A DNA stretch of 64,000 nt from an uncultured bacterium (lineage in GTDB: Bacteria; Oederibacteriota; JAAXVQ01; JAUVAV01), in assembly GCA_964630235.1 (NCBI GenBank), contig CAZVUO010000001.1, positions 254,588 to 318,587 of the forward strand, in the 5' to 3' direction. The translations under genes were made by a program, and so were the position numbers. Positions 39,701 through 43,182 of the stretch are shown here, one piece after another. The stretch's first letter is position 1. Every line of letters starts with the position of its first letter. The notes beneath the pieces were generated by a model, which had not been told where the DNA came from, did no database searches, and saw only the letters and a program-made list of their open reading frames with translations.

Positions 39701-42700
39701 AATTGTCGTTGAGCACCTGGTTCACGGCCCCGAGCCAACCAACCAGACCGCTGGCCATGGCCCCCCAAATGGCCCCGGCCCGGCGGTCCTGCGCAGCCTT
39801 GTACCCGTTTTCTTCCTTGCTGTTGATGAACAGGGACTGCACCAGAAAAGCGAGACCGGCACGCATGGCGGTCGAGGTCATAAACTGCACCAAGCCGAAC
39901 CCCTTGGCCACCCCAAAGGACTCCTTCACGGAATCCCAGAGACCCCCGAAAAACCCTTTTTTATTATCTCCCATGATCATTTCCGTGAGGCCAGCGGCCA
40001 GCCAGTCCGCCACAATGCCGATCAGCGGCATGTAGAACAAGAGATCCTCGGGCAGGATTTCGTTCAAGACCTGTATGATGCTTTCCCGCAGAACCGCCTT
40101 GAGAATCGCTTTGAGCACGTTGGTGGTCAGGCTTTTAATTAGATCTGATATGGTGGTAATCACCAACTTGACGCCTTGTTTGATCAATTCCTTGGCCACG
40201 TCCTTGATGGCGCTCGCCCAGCCGCCCAGCGCGGCCTTGACAATAGAAAATAAGACGTCGAGCGCCGGTGGCAGGGGGAGGAAGGTTTGGATGAGTTCGA
40301 TCAGGATGATGATAGCCAGCAAAATTGGCGCGGCCGAACCGAAGCTCACGATGGTGAGCACGATGGAGATGATGAACATGAAGATCTTGCCGAAGGTGGA
40401 ATTGGCCAGTTCGCCGTACTCCTGCATGGTGTCCCAGCTGAAATTCAGCAGCGCGTCCACGATCTTGTAAATATAATAGGCGGGGTTGGCGAAAATCATG
40501 AACATTTCCATGAAGCTTTCCAGGCTGGGGTTCTCGAAGAAATCCAGGATGGCCTGCGGTCCCTGGAAAATGAACATGACGATGGCCAGGCTCAGGTAGT
40601 CCGTGCACTCCGGGTCCGGCGGCTCCTGTTCCGGCGGTTCGGGGTGGCCGTACATGCGCGCGATGTCCCAGGCCGAGCCGGAAGCGACGTAGTCCGGCGT
40701 CCGGTCTCCGCCTTCCTGGCTGATCTCCACTTCCGGCATGGCAGGCACGCGCGACTCCTCGGCCGGCAGTTCCAGCAAGGCCGCGAGCGAGCCGAGGCGG
40801 GTGCCGCGGACTTGATCCATTTGGGCTTTGAGCCCCTCTCTTTCTAACTGGACGGCGGGAACAGCCTGGTTCGCGCTGATCTGTTCGGGCATGACCAGCG
40901 GCACTGAGCCGATATCCGCCGGCAAAGCCACGTCCGCCAGCCCGGCCGGCTGCAGCCCGTTGTCCGGCAGGCTCAGGGAATCCGGCAGTTCCGCGTCCGG
41001 TCCCACAATCATCGCCAGGCCGCGTTTGAACGCTTCGCTCAATTCGCCGGCGAGATTCGTTTCGCGCGCCGGGGACGCATCCGTACCTGGCAGCACATTC
41101 ACCAGGAGGGCTTCCTGGCGCAGCTGCGTCACATCCGGCAGCGTCCGCACGCCGGCCGCTTCCACCCCGCCGGTCTCGTCCGCTTCGTTGGCGTCCGGTG
41201 CGGCGGTCTCGGTCTCCTTCGGTTCTGCATCCTCCTCCACCATCCCCGCTTCCGGGCCGACCAGGGCGATTTCAGCATCCTCCGTCAGCACGGTGTCCGT
41301 GTTTTCCACCGGCCGTTCGCCTTCCGGCAGAAGCTCCGTCTCAGGCCCCTCGGTCTGGGGCTGTTCAATCAAGTCCGTCAAGATCACCGAAGGGGTTTCG
41401 ATCTCCTCCGGCGTTTCCACTCCCGCGTTATGGAGCACGTCCAGGAGCGCCGACACGTCCACGTCCTCTTCTTCCACCGCTCCGCTTTCGCCCGCATCCT
41501 CCCGGTCCTCACCCAGCAGCGCGAAGAAGTCCTCCAGGCTGGGGCCTTCGGCCTCCGCCCCTTGGTCGGTCTCTTTCTCCTGGTCACCCAGCCCCAGCAG
41601 CCGCAGTACTTGCTCTGGCAGCTCGACCGTGCTCTCGTCCCCCTCGTTGGCTGTTTCCTCAACCGCCTGCTCGCCGCCTTCCTCAGGCTCCTCTGTGACC
41701 ACTGTCTCCCCGCCCTCAGGCTCTTCTTCCTCGGGTTGAATCCCTTCCGGCGGTTCTATGGCCTCTTCCCCGGCCACCTGCGTCTCGGTCGCGTCCGTCC
41801 CGGGCCGGGCGTCCTCCGGCAACGCCGTCTCCCCGGGTTCCGGTTGGGCCGCCGCTTCTCTCGGCAACTCTGTCTCGCCGGTCTTCGCGGTGGTTTCCTC
41901 CTTCAACTGCTCATTCATCCCCAGCAGGGCCAGAAATTGCTTGGTCAGGTCAGCCAGCGTGGTCTCGGCGTTGCTTTTGCGGTCCGCCTGCTCCGCGTCC
42001 TGGACCTGTGTCTCCCCGCCCTGCTCCGCGGGCTGTTCCACCGGCTGCGTCTCGGGCAGCCTGCTTTCCGCCGGCTGTTCCGGCGGGGTCACGCCTTCGG
42101 CGCCCGGTTCCACTTCAGTCTCCGCCGGCTGCGCGTCTGGCATGGTCTCCTGCGCCACCACTGTCGTTTCCGCGGTCTCGGGCTGCTGCGCGGGCGCGAT
42201 TTCCCTGGGCAGCATTTCCGCCGGGATCGGCAGGCGGGCCAAGTCCGCCGTTTCCGTCAAGCGGCCTTTGCCGCTCAAACCATCCAGACTCAAGCTCAGA
42301 CTCAACGGCCCCTGGCTGCTGGTGGCCACGTCGGCCAGCAGGCTGGGATCAGCGGCCGGCTGGTCGGCGGACTGTTCCTCGGGCTGGGTGCCGGCCGGTT
42401 GCCCGCCTTGCGGCAAGGCAACGTCCACCCACTGCAGGGCGGTTTCCACGCCCACGCCGGACATGGTTTTTTCGGCAATGGTTTGCAGCGAAACCGTGGA
42501 CAGCAGATCGCCGTATTCCGCCTTGAGCACATTCAGGCGGGTGGTCGCCACATCGGTTTTCAGGCTTTCAGGCGAAGCGACGGGCAGGAACGCATCCGGC
42601 TGATTTTGATCCAGGGGATTGGCGGGCCGCAGCAGATCGTTCTGCTGGTTGTAAATGTCCTGGCGGTTGTTGTCAAAACCGTAAGCCAGGATGGTGTCCA

Positions 42701-42839
42701 TGCCGGTCATCGTGAAGACGAAAAGCACGGCCAGCACCAGGGAAATGACTTTGCGGTGCTGTTCTCTTACCAGCCGCCAGGCTTTCCGGCTCAGGATGAC
42801 TGCTTGCGACCACGCTTGGATGGGGTTCATATGCCTCAC
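18702..42839 (-). CDS. Giant (8045-aa) multi-domain membrane protein with an embedded SecA-like ATPase.
   Basis: A single uninterrupted ORF of 24138 nt in the supplied track. The track start is GTG at 42839. ATG at 42830 (M4) lies behind AGAGGTGAGG and is the more likely start. Domain evidence is given in the findings. Confidence 0.9.
   Translation of the reverse strand: [8045 protein letters not shown]
22500..24230 (-). other. SecA-like motor domain (NBD1, PPXD-like insert, NBD2) inside giant gene 2 (aa ~6204-6780).
   Basis: [17 protein letters not shown] (Walker A) compares with SecA [30 protein letters not shown] compares with SecA [42 protein letters not shown]...[22 protein letters not shown] compares with SecA YIVKDGEVIIVDEHTGR...[39 protein letters not shown] compares with SecA NQLRGRSGRQGDPG. 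Confidence 0.75.
28690..34470 (-). repeat. 26 in-frame tandem ~74-aa (about 222-bp) units inside giant gene 2 (aa ~2791-4717).
   Basis: I counted 26 occurrences of the core x-[22 protein letters not shown][ST]-F-G-A-T-G-T-x-x-Q-L-[DN]-x-L-G-L in the translation. Spacing measured on one unit is 75 aa. Units are diverged, roughly half of positions being conserved. Confidence 0.9.
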
Positions 42840-42990
42840 CTCTGAACCAAGCAGCCCGTTTGGCCTGCTCGGTTATGATAAAAACTTTCCAACCGCAGTC
42901 AGCGGGCCGCGGCATTTCGCGCGCGCACAAATATATGAAATAATGCGATATTCGGGCGCGTGGTTATCCAGCATAATAAATTTCAGCTTA

Positions 42991-43019
42991 AGTATATCAC
43001 TGGTTTTTAGCCGAGTCAA
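42991..43019 (-). promoter_or_regulatory. Sigma70-type promoter of giant gene 2 with an extended -10.
   Basis: Minus strand reads TTGACT - 17 nt (CGGCTAAAAACCAGTGA) - TATACT. The predicted 5' UTR to the ATG at 42830 is about 150 nt. Confidence 0.6.
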
Positions 43020-43182
43020 AAAACGGACTTGGTTTTTATGCTTTTTTTACAAGGGTTTTCCGCGAGAGTCAGGAGGTTGTGCAAAAAACCGTTTCCTGCC
43101 GGACCCGGTTCGTTAAAATCCCTTTGAAAATAGTATTAATTCCTGCGGAAGGCGTTTTGCGGTGAATTTTTCCATGCGGCGA

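Noticed and set aside
19064-42930. Dozens of ORFs of 60-470 aa on both strands inside giant gene 2 (for example 41430..42845, 38928..40142, 35022..36083, 33318..34466, 29583..30605, 22599..23489).
   Set aside because: All are embedded in, or antisense to, the 8045-codon frame and are compositionally biased (R/G/P/A-rich). None has recognisable motifs or a ribosome-binding site that I could see.
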